Source: Tubiluchus corallicola (Eukaryota; Animalia; Priapulida). Taken from it: a DNA stretch of 64,000 nt. The notes under the pieces are model-generated. The model saw only the letters and a list, made by a program, of their open reading frames with translations, ran no database searches and had not been told where the DNA came from. Below, piece after piece: positions 1 to 10,378 of the stretch. Location of the stretch: positions 1 to 64,000 of the forward strand of contig JAQGDQ010000334.1 of NCBI GenBank assembly GCA_030141605.1, given 5' to 3'. The translations under genes were made by a program, and so were the position numbers. How positions within the stretch are numbered: position 1 is the stretch's first letter; each line of letters starts with the position of its first letter.

Positions 1-828
1 TTGGTTTTTCATTTTATTGGCATAACCTATGGGGGTCATTCCTCCCAATGAATCATGCGGCCTTTTATAGTTGTAATCAAATATCCATTTATCTGTTTCA
101 TCCCTGGCTTCATCCAGCGACTGAAACAGGTAGGCATCCAATACAGCCCTGCGGTATGTTCCGTTCAGGCGTTCTACAAAAGCATTCTGTGTTGGCTTGC
201 CTGGCTGAATATATAACAGTTCTATCCCTTGAAGCTCACTCCATTCTTTTAAAAGTTCTGCAATAAACTCAGGGCCATTATCCATCCTTATTTTTGTTGG
301 TTTACCTCTACGCTTTATCAAGTGGTTCAAAACATAAACTACTTTGTTACTTCGAATCGAATGGTCAAGTTCAACATGAAGTGCTTCTCGGTTAAAATCG
401 TCCATTATATTGAAATTCTTTATCTTCCGTCCGTTTTCAAGAGCATCGTGCATAAAATCAATTGACCAGCACTGATTGATGTTTTCTGGAATTACCAAAG
501 GAACCTTAACTCTGACAGGAAGCCTCTTCTTTACTTTCCTGCGGATATTTAGTTTCATCAGGCAGTAAACCCGATAAACCCGTTTGTGGTTCCAGTCATG
601 ACCTTCCAGACGCAATCGCCCATAGGCTTTCCAGAATCCTTCTGTAGGATGCTCTTACGCTTTTACGGTAAGCGCCTCAATTATCCCTGCATCATCTTTT
701 ATCGATTCATAATAATAAACCGAACGACTCATATTTAGTACTCGGCAAGCCCTGCGGATGCCTACTTTAGAAACTTTGCAAACTTCTTTTGCAATCTCTC
801 GTTTTTCACAAGGATTTAAAGCTTTTTT
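1..828 (-). pseudogene. IS3 transposase OrfB with premature stop (partial)
   Basis: -1 frame reads [22 protein letters not shown]; in-frame TAA at 655-657. Confidence 0.75.
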
Positions 829-1082
829 TCGATAATCTCTTTGGCGAGTTTTAAATCCAGAGCTTGTTTGGCATACATCATTTTTAACTTGCGATTCTCC
901 TCTTCAAGCTCTTTGAGCCTTTTTAACTCGGATGCTTCCATGCCTCCAAAACGTTGCCTCCATTTATAAAACGAGGCTCTGCTAACGCCATGGTCTCGGA
1001 CAATCTCGTCTACGTTTTTGCCGTTCTCATACTCCTTCAGAATCGAGGAGATTTGTTGTGGTGTAAATCTTTTCTTCTTCAT
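816..1082 (-). CDS. IS3-family transposase OrfA
   Basis: [11 protein letters not shown]...[12 protein letters not shown]...[10 protein letters not shown], typical IS3/IS407 OrfA. Confidence 0.9.
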   Translation of the reverse strand: MKKKRFTPQQISSILKEYENGKNVDEIVRDHGVSRASFYKWRQRFGGMEASELKRLKELEEENRKLKMMYAKQALDLKLAKEIIEKKL

Positions 1083-1151
1083 CTTCTAACAGTTCAAAAT
1101 TAACGTTTATTTGTCTACTTTTAAACTGTCCTATTTTTGGGGAAGCTTACA

Positions 1152-1302
1152 CTTCTTCCTCGTGTGTCTCTTAATCTATTTTACCTTTTGTTCGGTAGTC
1201 TGTTTTTTTGCCTTCATCTTACTCGTTTTTATTGGTTATAATTTAAGAAATGTCTCTCTTAATTTTTAAACCAATTTGTCCGAATTAAGCTGAAGATTTA
1301 CA
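1152..1302 (-). mobile_element. Left-end remnant of a second IS3-family element, interrupted by the first
   Basis: End TGTAAATCTTCAGCTTAATTCGGACA at 1302; ORF start at 1217 reads MKAKKQTTEQKVK*IKRHTRKK, resembling an IS3 OrfA N-terminus, cut at 1151. Confidence 0.6.
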
Positions 1303-1396
1303 AGTGGAAATTTTCAGTTTGTTTGTGTAAATAAAGGTTTTTGGGTAGGATTTTTACGCAAAGAGTAATAAAAGGGGGAGCTTTGAGAAAGTTTCA
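1303..1396 (+). repeat. Dispersed repeat (MITE-like) copy, left-truncated
   Basis: gtgtaaataaaggtttttgggtaggatttttacg...taataaaagggggagctttgagaaagtttca aligns to right half of family consensus. Confidence 0.55.
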
Positions 1397-1412
1397 AGCT
1401 GCTTGTGAAGTG

Positions 1413-2630
1413 TTAACTTGCCTTTAGCCTGGTAATGCTTACGCGATTCAACTTTTCAGCAGCCAGTTTTTTTCCTATCTCTATCTGCTTCTCTTTGCCG
1501 GAGGGCATTTCAAACATAATATCGCTTATTATTGTTTCACATATTGATCTTAATCCCCTTGCTCCAAGTTTAAATTCAACCGCCTTATCAACAATAAAGT
1601 CAAGCGCCTTATCACTAAAAGACAGCTCTATGCCATCCATTTCAAATAGTTTGATATACTGTTTGATAATTGAGTTTTTTGGTTCTATCAGTATCCTACG
1701 CAGGGCGCTTTTATCAAGCTGCGTAAGGTATGTCAGGACAGGTAGTCTTCCTATGATTTCGGGTATCAACCCATAGGAACGCAGGTCTTGAGGAGATACA
1801 TACTGCAGCATATTATCCTTGTCTATTAAGTCACTATCACGGCTCGCGTTATATCCCACAATTTTGGTGTTTAGTCTCTGCCCTATTTTTCTTTCAATAC
1901 CTTCAAATGCTCCACCACAAATAAAAAGTATATTTCGGGTATCAATAGGTATCATCTTTTGTTCCGGATGTTTCCTTCCTCCCTGTGGCGGGACATTTAC
2001 CACCGCTCCCTCCAGGAGCTTAAGAAGGCCTTGCTGCACACCCTCTCCCGAAACATCACGCGTAATAGAAGGGTTATCGCCTTTGCGCGCTATCTTGTCG
2101 AGCTCATCAATAAAAACTATTCCGCGCTCGGCAGCCTTAGTGTCGTAATTGGCAGCCTGCAGAAGGCGTGTTAGCAGGCTTTCTATATCTTCTCCAACAT
2201 AGCCGGCCTCCGTAAGTACTGTTGCATCTATGATTGTAAACGGGACATGTAGCATTCTCGCAATAACTTTGGCCAGCAAAGTTTTGCCTGTACCGGTAGG
2301 CCCCACAAGTATAATATTTGACTTTTCTATCTCTGTTTCATCATCATCGACTCTCTGGCCAAGGCGCTTATAGTGGTTATACACTGCGACTGCCAGTACC
2401 CTCTTTGCATTGTCCTGGCCTATTACATACTGATCGAGAAATTCCTTGATCTCAATAGGCTTTTTTATGTTTTCTCCACTCAGGTCGAAGTGGCTCTCTT
2501 TTTTTCCCAGCTCCTCTTCTATAATTGTGTATGCCTGTTCAGCACAGCTATCACAGATATGCCCTTCTATACCCGCAATAAGAAGGCCTACCTCCTTTTT
2601 CCCTTTTCCGCAAAATGAGCATTTATCCAT
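1413..2630 (-). CDS. clpX: ATP-dependent Clp protease ATP-binding subunit ClpX
   Basis: CSFC..CDSC zinc finger, GPTGTGKT Walker A, RDVSGEGVQQ, GARGLR. Confidence 0.98.
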   Translation of the reverse strand: MDKCSFCGKGKKEVGLLIAGIEGHICDSCAEQAYTIIEEELGKKESHFDLSGENIKKPIEIKEFLDQYVIGQDNAKRVLAVAVYNHYKRLGQRVDDDETEIEKSNIILVGPTGTGKTLLAKVIARMLHVPFTIIDATVLTEAGYVGEDIESLLTRLLQAANYDTKAAERGIVFIDELDKIARKGDNPSITRDVSGEGVQQGLLKLLEGAVVNVPPQGGRKHPEQKMIPIDTRNILFICGGAFEGIERKIGQRLNTKIVGYNASRDSDLIDKDNMLQYVSPQDLRSYGLIPEIIGRLPVLTYLTQLDKSALRRILIEPKNSIIKQYIKLFEMDGIELSFSDKALDFIVDKAVEFKLGARGLRSICETIISDIMFEMPSGKEKQIEIGKKLAAEKLNRVSITRLKAS

Positions 2631-2664
2631 AATTCAGAAATATTTTTTACTGCACAAAAGCGCC

Positions 2665-3363
2665 CTATTTTTTTTGTATTTTCTCTTTACCTTTTACCAG
2701 TACATCATCTATCATTCCGTAATCAAGGGCTTCCTGTGAGGTCATCCAGTAATTGCGATCAGAGTCTTGCTCTATCTTTTTAAAAGATTGTCCGGTGTGG
2801 AGAGCAATTATTTCATACAGCTCTTTTCGGATCTTTATTATCTCGCGCACCTCTATCTCCATATCTGCGGCTTGTCCCTGAACACCACCAAGGGGCTGAT
2901 GTATCATTATGCGCGAATGCTTAAGGGCCGAGCGTTTTCCTTTCGTACCTGCCGTTAGCAATACAGCTGCCATTGATGCAGCTACTCCGGTACATATTGT
3001 TGCAATATTGCAACCAACATACTGTAAGGTATCATAAATGCCCAGTCCGGCAGAGACAGCTCCGCCCGGAGAGTTGATGTAGACTTGAATGTCCTTACCC
3101 GGGTCAGACGTGTCCAAGTACAGAAGCTGCGCCTGGATAATATTGGCAATCTCATCATAAATAGGAACTCCCAAAAAAATGATGCGATCCATCATAAGGC
3201 GCGAAAATACATCCATTGGCACCACATTCAATTGCCGCTCTTCCAGGATATTTGGGGTGATCCCTTTTAAAGTTGAGCTATAGCGGTCCAGGGTAAGGCT
3301 GCTTATCCCCATATGCCCGGTTGCATACTTTTTAAAATCGTTGCTGTTATAATCCATTTTCAT
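2665..3363 (-). CDS. clpP: Clp protease proteolytic subunit ClpP
   Basis: YINSPGG, AASMAA, MIHQP motifs; upstream of clpX. Confidence 0.98.
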   Translation of the reverse strand: MKMDYNSNDFKKYATGHMGISSLTLDRYSSTLKGITPNILEERQLNVVPMDVFSRLMMDRIIFLGVPIYDEIANIIQAQLLYLDTSDPGKDIQVYINSPGGAVSAGLGIYDTLQYVGCNIATICTGVAASMAAVLLTAGTKGKRSALKHSRIMIHQPLGGVQGQAADMEIEVREIIKIRKELYEIIALHTGQSFKKIEQDSDRNYWMTSQEALDYGMIDDVLVKGKEKIQKK

Positions 3364-3388
3364 AAGTTGTTTTGATGTAAAAATACAG

Positions 3389-3529
3389 TGAGACCTTTGT
3401 AAAGTTCATTTTTTATTAGCTGCTTTTATCAAAATTCTGTTCAAAACCCTCATTTATGTTGATAAGGAGTGGTTTATCAACGAATTTTCCTCAATCTAAA
3501 CTAAAATATTTTGTCTAGCAAAAGTATAA
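3389..3529 (-). repeat. Dispersed repeat (MITE-like) copy
   Basis: tgagacctttgtaaagttcattttttatt...caaaaccctcatttatgttgataag...ctagcaaaag is the reverse complement of the consensus. Confidence 0.8.
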
Positions 3530-3612
3530 TTAAGACAATCCCGTTCTAAATTAATAATATCCTGAACAACAAAAAGAGTTGTCATATTCAAGAGCTATAA
3601 AGCATCCCAAGA

Positions 3613-4971
3613 CTATCTTTCAAAGAGCTTTTTAAACTCCTCTTGGGTGATTACTTTATCCTCTAGCGTCACTTTTTCTCTCACCAAGTCAAGCACTTTC
3701 TCTTCCACCTTTCTTGCTATAAGCTCATTTTTCTCCTTGCTATCTGCAATAAGTTTTTTTGCATATTCGCCAAGATGCTCATCGGGCACATTATTTATCC
3801 CGTACTGGCTAAAGCGCATTCGTGCTATGTTTACAGCAGCCTCATTTACATCATCTTCGCTTATCTTAATATCGTTCTCTTTAGCAATACGATTCTTAAT
3901 AATACTCCACTTTGTTGCTTCACAAAACTCGGGGAACCCCTCTTCTATCCTCTCTTCCGGCGTATTCTCATTAATGCTTTTCAGCCATCGTTTTAAAAAT
4001 GCTTCAGGCAGCTCCACCCCTGCCTTTTTGGTCAGTGCTTTTTTTGCATCTGTCCCAAACAGGTGTAAGCAGGAGTTTTCAAACTGCTTATTCAGCTGTT
4101 CTCCGATACTTTTGCGAAACTCATCTTCGCTTTTAATATCTGTTTTTTCTCCAAATATGCCTTTAAACAGGCTCTCATTTATCTCTGAGGGGACCAGTTT
4201 TGTTATCTTTTTTATTGTAAAGCTGAAGTCTGTTTCCAGCTTTTCTGCCATATCTGCATCGATGTTCAGCATATGGGACACCTCCTTGTGGTTGTTATCA
4301 TATGCGACGAGGGGGTTAAAGCAGAGTGTATCTCCCACTTTTTTGCCTGCAAAGCTTTTTTTAATGTCTTCATCTTTAATGTATTTGACATAAATAGCGG
4401 CATCTTTTGTCTCTATTCCGCCTTTCTGTACCTTCTTTCCATTGTCCAGTTGGATAAAGTCTCCATAAACAATCTCCTCTTCGCTTACTTCATCTGCTGG
4501 TACACTTTTTGAGAATTCATTGGTATATGCATCTATCCGCTCATCTATAAGGGTCTTATCAATTTTTACTATATAGTGAGGCAGCTTAATGTCTTTGCTA
4601 AGCTCTATTTTAAATTCGGAAGCGACAGCTATGTCAAAAGCAAACTCAAAGCTTTCATCGCTGTCCCAGTTAATTAAATTTTTATTGTCCTGGTTGTGAA
4701 GAGGTTCGCCAAGAGGGTTTATGCCCTCCTTTGTAATGTAGTCGTAAAGGCTGCTGTTAACCAGCTTACCCACTTCATCTGATAGTATGGCTTTACCGTA
4801 CATTTTTTTTATAACACTGGTGGGCGCCATTCCTGCACGAAATCCCGGTATATTTGCCTTTTTCCTGTGTTCCTTTATAGTTTTTTCAACCTTTTTTTCA
4901 TAATCGGCTTTTTCAACTACAAGCCTTATGACAGAGTTCAGGTTATCTATGCTCTCTCTTGTAATCTTCAT
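3613..4971 (-). CDS. tig: Trigger factor
   Basis: IPGFRAGMAP ribosome-binding motif; tig-clpP-clpX order. Confidence 0.95.
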   Translation of the reverse strand: MKITRESIDNLNSVIRLVVEKADYEKKVEKTIKEHRKKANIPGFRAGMAPTSVIKKMYGKAILSDEVGKLVNSSLYDYITKEGINPLGEPLHNQDNKNLINWDSDESFEFAFDIAVASEFKIELSKDIKLPHYIVKIDKTLIDERIDAYTNEFSKSVPADEVSEEEIVYGDFIQLDNGKKVQKGGIETKDAAIYVKYIKDEDIKKSFAGKKVGDTLCFNPLVAYDNNHKEVSHMLNIDADMAEKLETDFSFTIKKITKLVPSEINESLFKGIFGEKTDIKSEDEFRKSIGEQLNKQFENSCLHLFGTDAKKALTKKAGVELPEAFLKRWLKSINENTPEERIEEGFPEFCEATKWSIIKNRIAKENDIKISEDDVNEAAVNIARMRFSQYGINNVPDEHLGEYAKKLIADSKEKNELIARKVEEKVLDLVREKVTLEDKVITQEEFKKLFER

Positions 4972-5031
4972 GAGTGTGTCAATAACAGTAAAAAAAATAT
5001 AGAGTAACTGTCAGGGCGCGAGAATCTGAAG

Positions 5032-5160
5032 CGAGTTTTTTGCAAAGTTCATCTTTTTATTAATACTTCCCTCAAGATCCTCGTTTATATACAAGCTGCA
5101 GTTTCTCATTGATTCTTTCCTCAATCTAAGCAAACAGTGTTTCTGTCTTGCAAGAGATCG
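5032..5160 (-). repeat. Dispersed repeat (MITE-like) copy
   Basis: ttttgcaaagttcatctttttattaata...ttcctcaatctaagc...cttgcaagagatc. Confidence 0.75.
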
Positions 5161-5247
5161 AAGTTTATTCAGCCCCTCTTTGCCTAATTGTCTAAGGCCG
5201 GCCCTCTACTCTTTAGTAGAGCAGGGGCAACCTCAGAGCATTCTGCG

Positions 5248-5329
5248 TGCGGACGAAGGGACTCGAACCCCCACGCCTTTCGGCACCAGATCCTAAGTCT
5301 GGCGCGGCTACCAATTACGCCACGTCCGC
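5248..5329 (-). tRNA. tRNA-Leu(UAG)
   Basis: GCGGACG acceptor stem, anticodon loop CTTAGGA, long variable arm, GGTTCGAGTCC T-arm. Confidence 0.95.
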
Positions 5330-5341
5330 CTTTATAAGGTG

Positions 5342-5349
5342 CAAATATA
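5342..5349 (-). promoter_or_regulatory. Bacteroidetes sigmaA -7 element for tRNA-Leu
   Basis: TATATTTG(CA) matches TAnnTTTG just upstream of the tRNA. Confidence 0.6.
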
Positions 5350-5452
5350 GAATATTTTTTGCAGAGCTGTAGAGTTTAATCTATTATGCTGTAATTTTCA
5401 GAAAGCTTTTTCACATTAAACGGTAAAAAATAATTAACTTTGAGTGAAAAAA

Positions 5453-5486
5453 TAAGAGCTAAGAGTAACTAAGAGCTAAGAGTAAC
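5453..5486 (+). repeat. 17-bp tandem duplication
   Basis: taagagctaagagtaac x2. Confidence 0.85.
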
Positions 5487-5537
5487 GCCGGGGTGGCGAG
5501 GAGAAGTGAAGACGGGAGATAAAGAAACAGAGCATTA

Positions 5538-5570
5538 CTGAATATTTTCAGCGATATTGAAAATATTCAG
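5538..5570. repeat. Perfect 13-bp inverted repeat in serC leader
   Basis: ctgaatattttca-gcgatat-tgaaaatattcag. Confidence 0.8.
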
Positions 5571-5663
5571 CGAGAGTGTTTAAAAATAGAATGCCCGCGT
5601 TTAGGCTGGTAAAGTAATAGCGGGTTGATATTGAGAAATAGTATAAAAAAAATAGACAAGCAG

Positions 5664-6734
5664 ATGAAAACACACAATTTTTATGCAGGTCCTTCTATCC
5701 TGCCGGAATTTACAAAACAGAAGACAGCAGAGGCAGCGCTCAATTTTGCCGGAACAGGATTGTCTGTAATGGAGGTATCCCACAGGGGCAAGGATTTTAT
5801 GGGTGTGATGGATAGGGCATGTACCCTTGTAAAAGAGCTGCTGGATGTCCCCGCAGGATATGAAGTGCTCTTTTTGCAGGGCGGGGCAAGTACTCAGTTT
5901 TGTATGGTGCCGTACAATCTTTTAAGAGAGAGGGCGGCATATCTGAATACGGGGATGTGGGCATCCAAAGCAATAAAGGAAGCGAAGTTTTTTGGAGAGG
6001 TTATCGAAGTGGCATCTTCAAAAGACAAAAATTATAATTATATACCTAAGAGGATTGAGATTCCCGAGAATGTAGATTATTTTCATATTACAACCAATAA
6101 TACAATTTTTGGAACGCAATTGAGGCGTGATCCTGATGCGCCTGTCCCGCTGGTTGCTGATATGTCATCCGACATATTTAGCCGCCCTGTAGATATTTCG
6201 AAGTACAATATCGTTTATGCGGGTGCGCAGAAAAATCTGGCACCATCGGGTGTTACATTAGCAATTGTAAAAACGGATGCACTGGGTAAGGCGGATCGGG
6301 CAATTCCTACTATGCTCGATTATAGAACACATGTGGATAAAGGGTCGATGTTTAATACTCCCCCCACTCTTCCTGTTTTTGCTGCTTTACAGACTTTGCT
6401 GTGGATTAAGAAGAGCGGAGGTGTTGCAGTGATGGAAAAGAGGAACATTGAAAAAGCAAAATTGCTTTATGATGAGCTGGACAGGAACAGGATGTTTATG
6501 CCAAACATACCTGCGGAAGAGGATCGCTCGCTTATGAATGTTACCTTTATTATGTCGCCTGGATACGAAGAGCTGGAAAAACAGTTTATGGAGATGGCTG
6601 CCGAATCTAATATTGTCGGGATTAAGGGGCATAGAAGCGTAGGGGGATTTAGGGCATCAATCTATAATGCCATGCCAATTGAAAGCATTCATGCACTGGT
6701 AGAGGTAATGAGAAAGCTTGAGAGCAAAAGCTAG
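5664..6734 (+). CDS. serC: Phosphoserine aminotransferase
   Basis: NFYAGPS, FLQGGAS, YAGAQKN (PLP lysine), [11 protein letters not shown]. Confidence 0.97.
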   Translation: MKTHNFYAGPSILPEFTKQKTAEAALNFAGTGLSVMEVSHRGKDFMGVMDRACTLVKELLDVPAGYEVLFLQGGASTQFCMVPYNLLRERAAYLNTGMWASKAIKEAKFFGEVIEVASSKDKNYNYIPKRIEIPENVDYFHITTNNTIFGTQLRRDPDAPVPLVADMSSDIFSRPVDISKYNIVYAGAQKNLAPSGVTLAIVKTDALGKADRAIPTMLDYRTHVDKGSMFNTPPTLPVFAALQTLLWIKKSGGVAVMEKRNIEKAKLLYDELDRNRMFMPNIPAEEDRSLMNVTFIMSPGYEELEKQFMEMAAESNIVGIKGHRSVGGFRASIYNAMPIESIHALVEVMRKLESKS

Positions 6735-6845
6735 TATGTTCAAACCGGCTATGCTATGGGTAGGCACAAGAGTGTGTCTCCCCTTCCTGTTTACGGCTAA
6801 TTTTTTGTCCCCGGCACATTGGAGGATAAAAAGGATGCATGATAA

Positions 6846-7400
6846 ATGAAGTTGCTCAAAGTGCACCCGACTAAAATAATAGAGAAGTATTATAACCGCA
6901 GCACGCAAACATACAGGATACTCATGGAGCACAGCAGGGCTGTAGCCGATAAGGCGCTGGAAATAGCCTCTATGCACCATGAACTGAATCCCGACTTGCA
7001 ATTTATTGAAGAGGCTGCTCTTCTTCATGATATAGGCATTATTGAGACATATTCTCCAAAGCTGGGGTGCAGGGGGGAACACCACTATCTGTGCCATGGC
7101 TATCTCGGGCGGCAAATGATAGAGAAAGAGGGCTATCCTCTCCATGCCCTCGTTTGTGAGCGCCATATAGGCGTGGGCCTTACAATGGAGGATGTGGTGC
7201 AGCAACGCCTGCCACTCCCGCTACGCAACTATGTCCCTGAAACAGTGGAAGAGCAGATTATATGCTTTGCCGACACTTTCTTTTCTAAAGATGGTGATCT
7301 AAGCAAAGAGAAAAGTGTAAAGGAGGTACTCAGCTCTATTGCAAAATTCGGACAAAAGAATATTGACAAGTTTAATGAGTGGTGTGAGCTGTTCCTGTAG
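6846..7400 (+). CDS. HD/HDIG-domain phosphohydrolase
   Basis: EHS...ALLHDIG...CERH...FAD motifs. Confidence 0.85.
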   Translation: MKLLKVHPTKIIEKYYNRSTQTYRILMEHSRAVADKALEIASMHHELNPDLQFIEEAALLHDIGIIETYSPKLGCRGEHHYLCHGYLGRQMIEKEGYPLHALVCERHIGVGLTMEDVVQQRLPLPLRNYVPETVEEQIICFADTFFSKDGDLSKEKSVKEVLSSIAKFGQKNIDKFNEWCELFL

Positions 7401-7429
7401 CCTGCCTAAAAGGATATGCCAAAAGGGCT

Positions 7430-8344
7430 TTAGTTCGTTCCCTTTACTGTCTTTGCACGTTTTTTCCTGGGTATGAGCCTGGAAAAGAATAGCCCGGATA
7501 TAACGATAATAATTCCTGCAAATTTTCTTAAAGAGAGCGGCTCATCAATTATGAACCATGCAAAAATGGCGGTGAATACCGGAATTATATTCACAAACAT
7601 ATTGGAGTTGTTGACCCCCATGTTGCGCACACTGTAGGTAAACAGGATAAATGCGAAGCATGATGCAAAAATTGCAAGTTTTACTATTGCTACAAAGGCA
7701 TCTTTGTGAAATGGAGTGTTTATGAAGCTACCCATCTCAAATACCAGCCATAACGGCAGGAAATAAAATATTCCCAGGAAACTCTGGTACGTTATTATTG
7801 CTGTATCGCTATATCTTTCTGTAAGTCCTTTTAAAACAACTGCATATCCTATAGCGGCGGCAACAGCCAAAAACATCAATGCTATTCCCAGAGGAGGGGC
7901 CTGCAGGCTGAATGAAGAGTCAAAAATTACGATTATTACCCCCAGGAACGACAATACTATTCCCAGAGCACTTCGTAGTGAAAGCTTTTCGTTATGAAAA
8001 CGGGAGGCGGCAAATGGAGAAAACAGGGGTATTGTAGCTATTATTACGGCACCAATAGTGCTGGATACGTACATAAGCCCGTAGCTCTCTCCCATAAAAT
8101 AGAGAAAGGGCTCGAACAGTGATAACAGAAGGAGTCTGCCAATATCTTTTTTGGGAGGTATCACCAGCTTCCCACTTAGCTTGGCAAAGGCAATCATTAG
8201 TACTGAAGCTATAATCAGTCTGAAAAATATTGTTGTGAGAGGGCCATAAGCTAGATAGGCTATCTTAACCCACACAAAAGAGAATGACCAGAACATCATG
8301 GCCAGAATAACAGCGGTATAGACAACAGGCCTTCTCTTTTGCAT
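7430..8344 (-). CDS. DMT/EamA family transporter
   Basis: About 10 TM helices, FWSFSFVWVK and IFFRL motifs. Confidence 0.85.
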   Translation of the reverse strand: MQKRRPVVYTAVILAMMFWSFSFVWVKIAYLAYGPLTTIFFRLIIASVLMIAFAKLSGKLVIPPKKDIGRLLLLSLFEPFLYFMGESYGLMYVSSTIGAVIIATIPLFSPFAASRFHNEKLSLRSALGIVLSFLGVIIVIFDSSFSLQAPPLGIALMFLAVAAAIGYAVVLKGLTERYSDTAIITYQSFLGIFYFLPLWLVFEMGSFINTPFHKDAFVAIVKLAIFASCFAFILFTYSVRNMGVNNSNMFVNIIPVFTAIFAWFIIDEPLSLRKFAGIIIVISGLFFSRLIPRKKRAKTVKGTN

Positions 8345-8412
8345 ATTGTTTAAAGATAGTGTATGAGAGCTCAAAAGTAGGAATAATGGCTTTGCAGCCA
8401 AATTATTACTAC

Positions 8413-8541
8413 AAGCCTATTGTAAAGTGAGATATTTTGTCTTGGTCTGAAAGGGAGTTGCAACTTCATCAGTGTAAGCTATTTTGAAAAGGGTTTTCAC
8501 TAAAGTGTTAAGTAGTGGAGACGAGTTTTGCAAAAATCTCA
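8413..8541 (+). repeat. Dispersed repeat (MITE-like) copy
   Basis: ttgtaaagtgagatatttt...ttttgaaaagggttttcac...gagttttgcaaaaatctca. Confidence 0.7.
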
Positions 8542-8605
8542 CATTGGCTAAATAAGGGTAAGTTTTGCAAAGAGTTCGTGGCACAAGTGTATCTGATAAT
8601 AAACA

Positions 8606-8638
8606 TTTGCTTCATTTGAAAAACATTATCTATATTTG
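8606..8638 (+). promoter_or_regulatory. Bacteroidetes -33/-7 promoter for tRNA-His
   Basis: TTTG (8606-8609), 21-nt spacer, TATATTTG (8631-8638). Confidence 0.65.
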
Positions 8639-8657
8639 CGGAGGTAACAGCAAAAAT

Positions 8658-8732
8658 GGTGGATGTAGCTCAGTTGGTTAGAGCACTGGATTGTGGTTCC
8701 AGGGGTCGCCGGTTCAAGTCCGGTCTTCCACC
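8658..8732 (+). tRNA. tRNA-His(GUG)
   Basis: G-1, GTGGATG/CTTCCAC stem, anticodon loop TTGTGGT, GGTTCAAGTCC. Confidence 0.95.
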
Positions 8733-8811
8733 CTTCTAAAAAAACCTCTGATATTAGGCCTGAGGGTTCTCTTTTTATATTTAACTTTACACCTTCTCTT
8801 AACTTTCTAGT

Positions 8812-9975
8812 ATGCAAGTACTCGCAGTAAAGGATAAGGCAACTAAGAAAGAGTTCCATAAGGTTGCACGGAAAATATACGATGGTGATCCTTGCTGGGT
8901 CCCTGTACCGGAACTGCTTATTGATAATATTTTTAATCTTAAGAAAAGCTTTTCTTATAAAAGCAGCAACAGCGCCTGCTGGATACTGAAAGATGACAAT
9001 GGAGAGCTGCTTGGCCGTATCGCTGCATTTATAAATGGCAGTAAGGCGTATACTTATAAACAACCCACTGGAGGTATAGGCTATTTTGAGTGTGTAAATA
9101 GTGAAAAGGCATCGCGTGCGCTGTTCGATACAGCAAGAGAGTGGATGCAGGAGCAGGGGATGGAGGCCATTGACGGTCCTGTTAATTTTGGAGAAAACCT
9201 TATTAACTGGGGCTTACTGGTAGATGGTTTTATGCAACAGGGGTTTGGTATGCCATACAATAAACCGTACTACCTGAAGCTATTTAGGCAGTACGGGTTT
9301 GAAGTGTATTTTGAGCAGTACAGCTACCATCTGGATATGAGTAAGCCCTTCCCGGAGCGTTTCTGGAAAATTGCGGAGTGGGTTGCTCAAAAGCCCAATT
9401 ACAGGTTTGAGCATGCGAGGTTTAATGAAAAATACATACACGATTTTAAAATAGTGTATGAGGGAGCCTGGGCAAGCCACGACAATTTTCAATCTTTTGA
9501 TATGGACGATGTAAAAAATATGGTGAAAGTGGCTAAGCTCATAGCAGATGAAGAGTTTGTATGGTTTGCTTATCACAAAGATAAGCCAGTTGCCTTTTTC
9601 GGTATGATACCTGACTGGAACCAGATACTGAAGAGGCTGGGCGGTAAAATAAACCTGTGGAACATCGCAAAGTTTTTCTATTATAAAAAAAGGAAGACAA
9701 TGACCCGTGCACGTATTCTTATCATGGGGGTTGTGCCAAAGTTTCAGGGAACAGGCCTTGAGTCGGCAATATTTTGGCATATGGACAAGGTAATGAAGCG
9801 TAAACCATGGTATAGGGAGGTGGAGCTCTCGTGGGTGGGTGATTTCAATCCCAAAATGGTATCTATATACAAATCTGTGGGAGGAGAGCACGCAAAAACA
9901 CACTACACAATGCGCTACATTTTTGACAGGTCTAAGCCGTTTGAGAGAGCTCCTAAGCTGACAAGTAGCACATAG
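8812..9975 (+). CDS. GNAT-family acetyltransferase-like protein (YghO-like)
   Basis: GRIAAF, GYFEC, GP..WGLLVDGF, YNKPYY, MGVVPKFQGTG motifs. Confidence 0.75.
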   Translation: MQVLAVKDKATKKEFHKVARKIYDGDPCWVPVPELLIDNIFNLKKSFSYKSSNSACWILKDDNGELLGRIAAFINGSKAYTYKQPTGGIGYFECVNSEKASRALFDTAREWMQEQGMEAIDGPVNFGENLINWGLLVDGFMQQGFGMPYNKPYYLKLFRQYGFEVYFEQYSYHLDMSKPFPERFWKIAEWVAQKPNYRFEHARFNEKYIHDFKIVYEGAWASHDNFQSFDMDDVKNMVKVAKLIADEEFVWFAYHKDKPVAFFGMIPDWNQILKRLGGKINLWNIAKFFYYKKRKTMTRARILIMGVVPKFQGTGLESAIFWHMDKVMKRKPWYREVELSWVGDFNPKMVSIYKSVGGEHAKTHYTMRYIFDRSKPFERAPKLTSST

Positions 9976-10153
9976 GATCCGGGGAAGAGCGTGTAAAAGA
10001 GACAGTACTGAAATTCAATAGGGGGAAGAACCTTTAACGCAAGCACGCCAGTCACTACAGGAAGCTGTGTGGCAAAAAGGAGAGCACATCAAGTAGTAAA
10101 TAAAATTATTAGATAAATTAAGAAAAATTTATATATTTGAGGTATTAACGTGG

Positions 10154-10281
10154 TGAGGCTTTGCAAAGCGAAGGAGATTTGACTCAGTCTGAAAAAAATC
10201 CGGTGATAAGCCACAGTTTTAATGATATAAATTAGGATTTTGACGAAAGTGTTAATAAGAAGATAAGTTGTGCAAAGTCTT
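10154..10281 (+). repeat. Dispersed repeat (MITE-like) copy
   Basis: tgaggctttgcaaagcgaagg...ggtgataagccacag...ttttgacgaaagtgttaataagaagataagttgtgcaaagtct. Confidence 0.85.
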
Positions 10282-10378
10282 GTAGTGCTACCAAACTTAG
10301 CGAACACAATATTTGTATAATCTTGCTTATAGTTTTACCTGTAAAAGTTATTTTAACAACTTTAATAATATCTGGATT

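Larger units (their letters stand above)
1..1151 (-). mobile_element. IS3-family insertion sequence (IS407-like), runs off window start
   Basis: Left end TGTAAGCTTCCCCAAAAATAGGACA on - strand ending at 1151; orfA HTH; A-AAA-AAG slippery site at 822-828; orfB with rve motifs ([14 protein letters not shown]). Confidence 0.9.

Noticed and set aside
822-828. A-AAA-AAG frameshift site as a novelty
   Set aside because: Standard IS3-family orfA/orfB programmed frameshift.
3647-4393. Long antisense ORFs (also 9280-9903, 23365-24048, 6657-7205 and others)
   Set aside because: Shadow frames of well-supported genes, with Ser/Phe/Leu-rich translations and no motifs.
5486-5520. T-box-like GGGTGG in the serC leader
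   Set aside because: No full T-box consensus, terminator or specifier stem; T-boxes are not typical of Bacteroidota.
8626-9063. 145-aa minus-strand ORF
   Set aside because: Overlaps tRNA-His and the GNAT gene; spurious.
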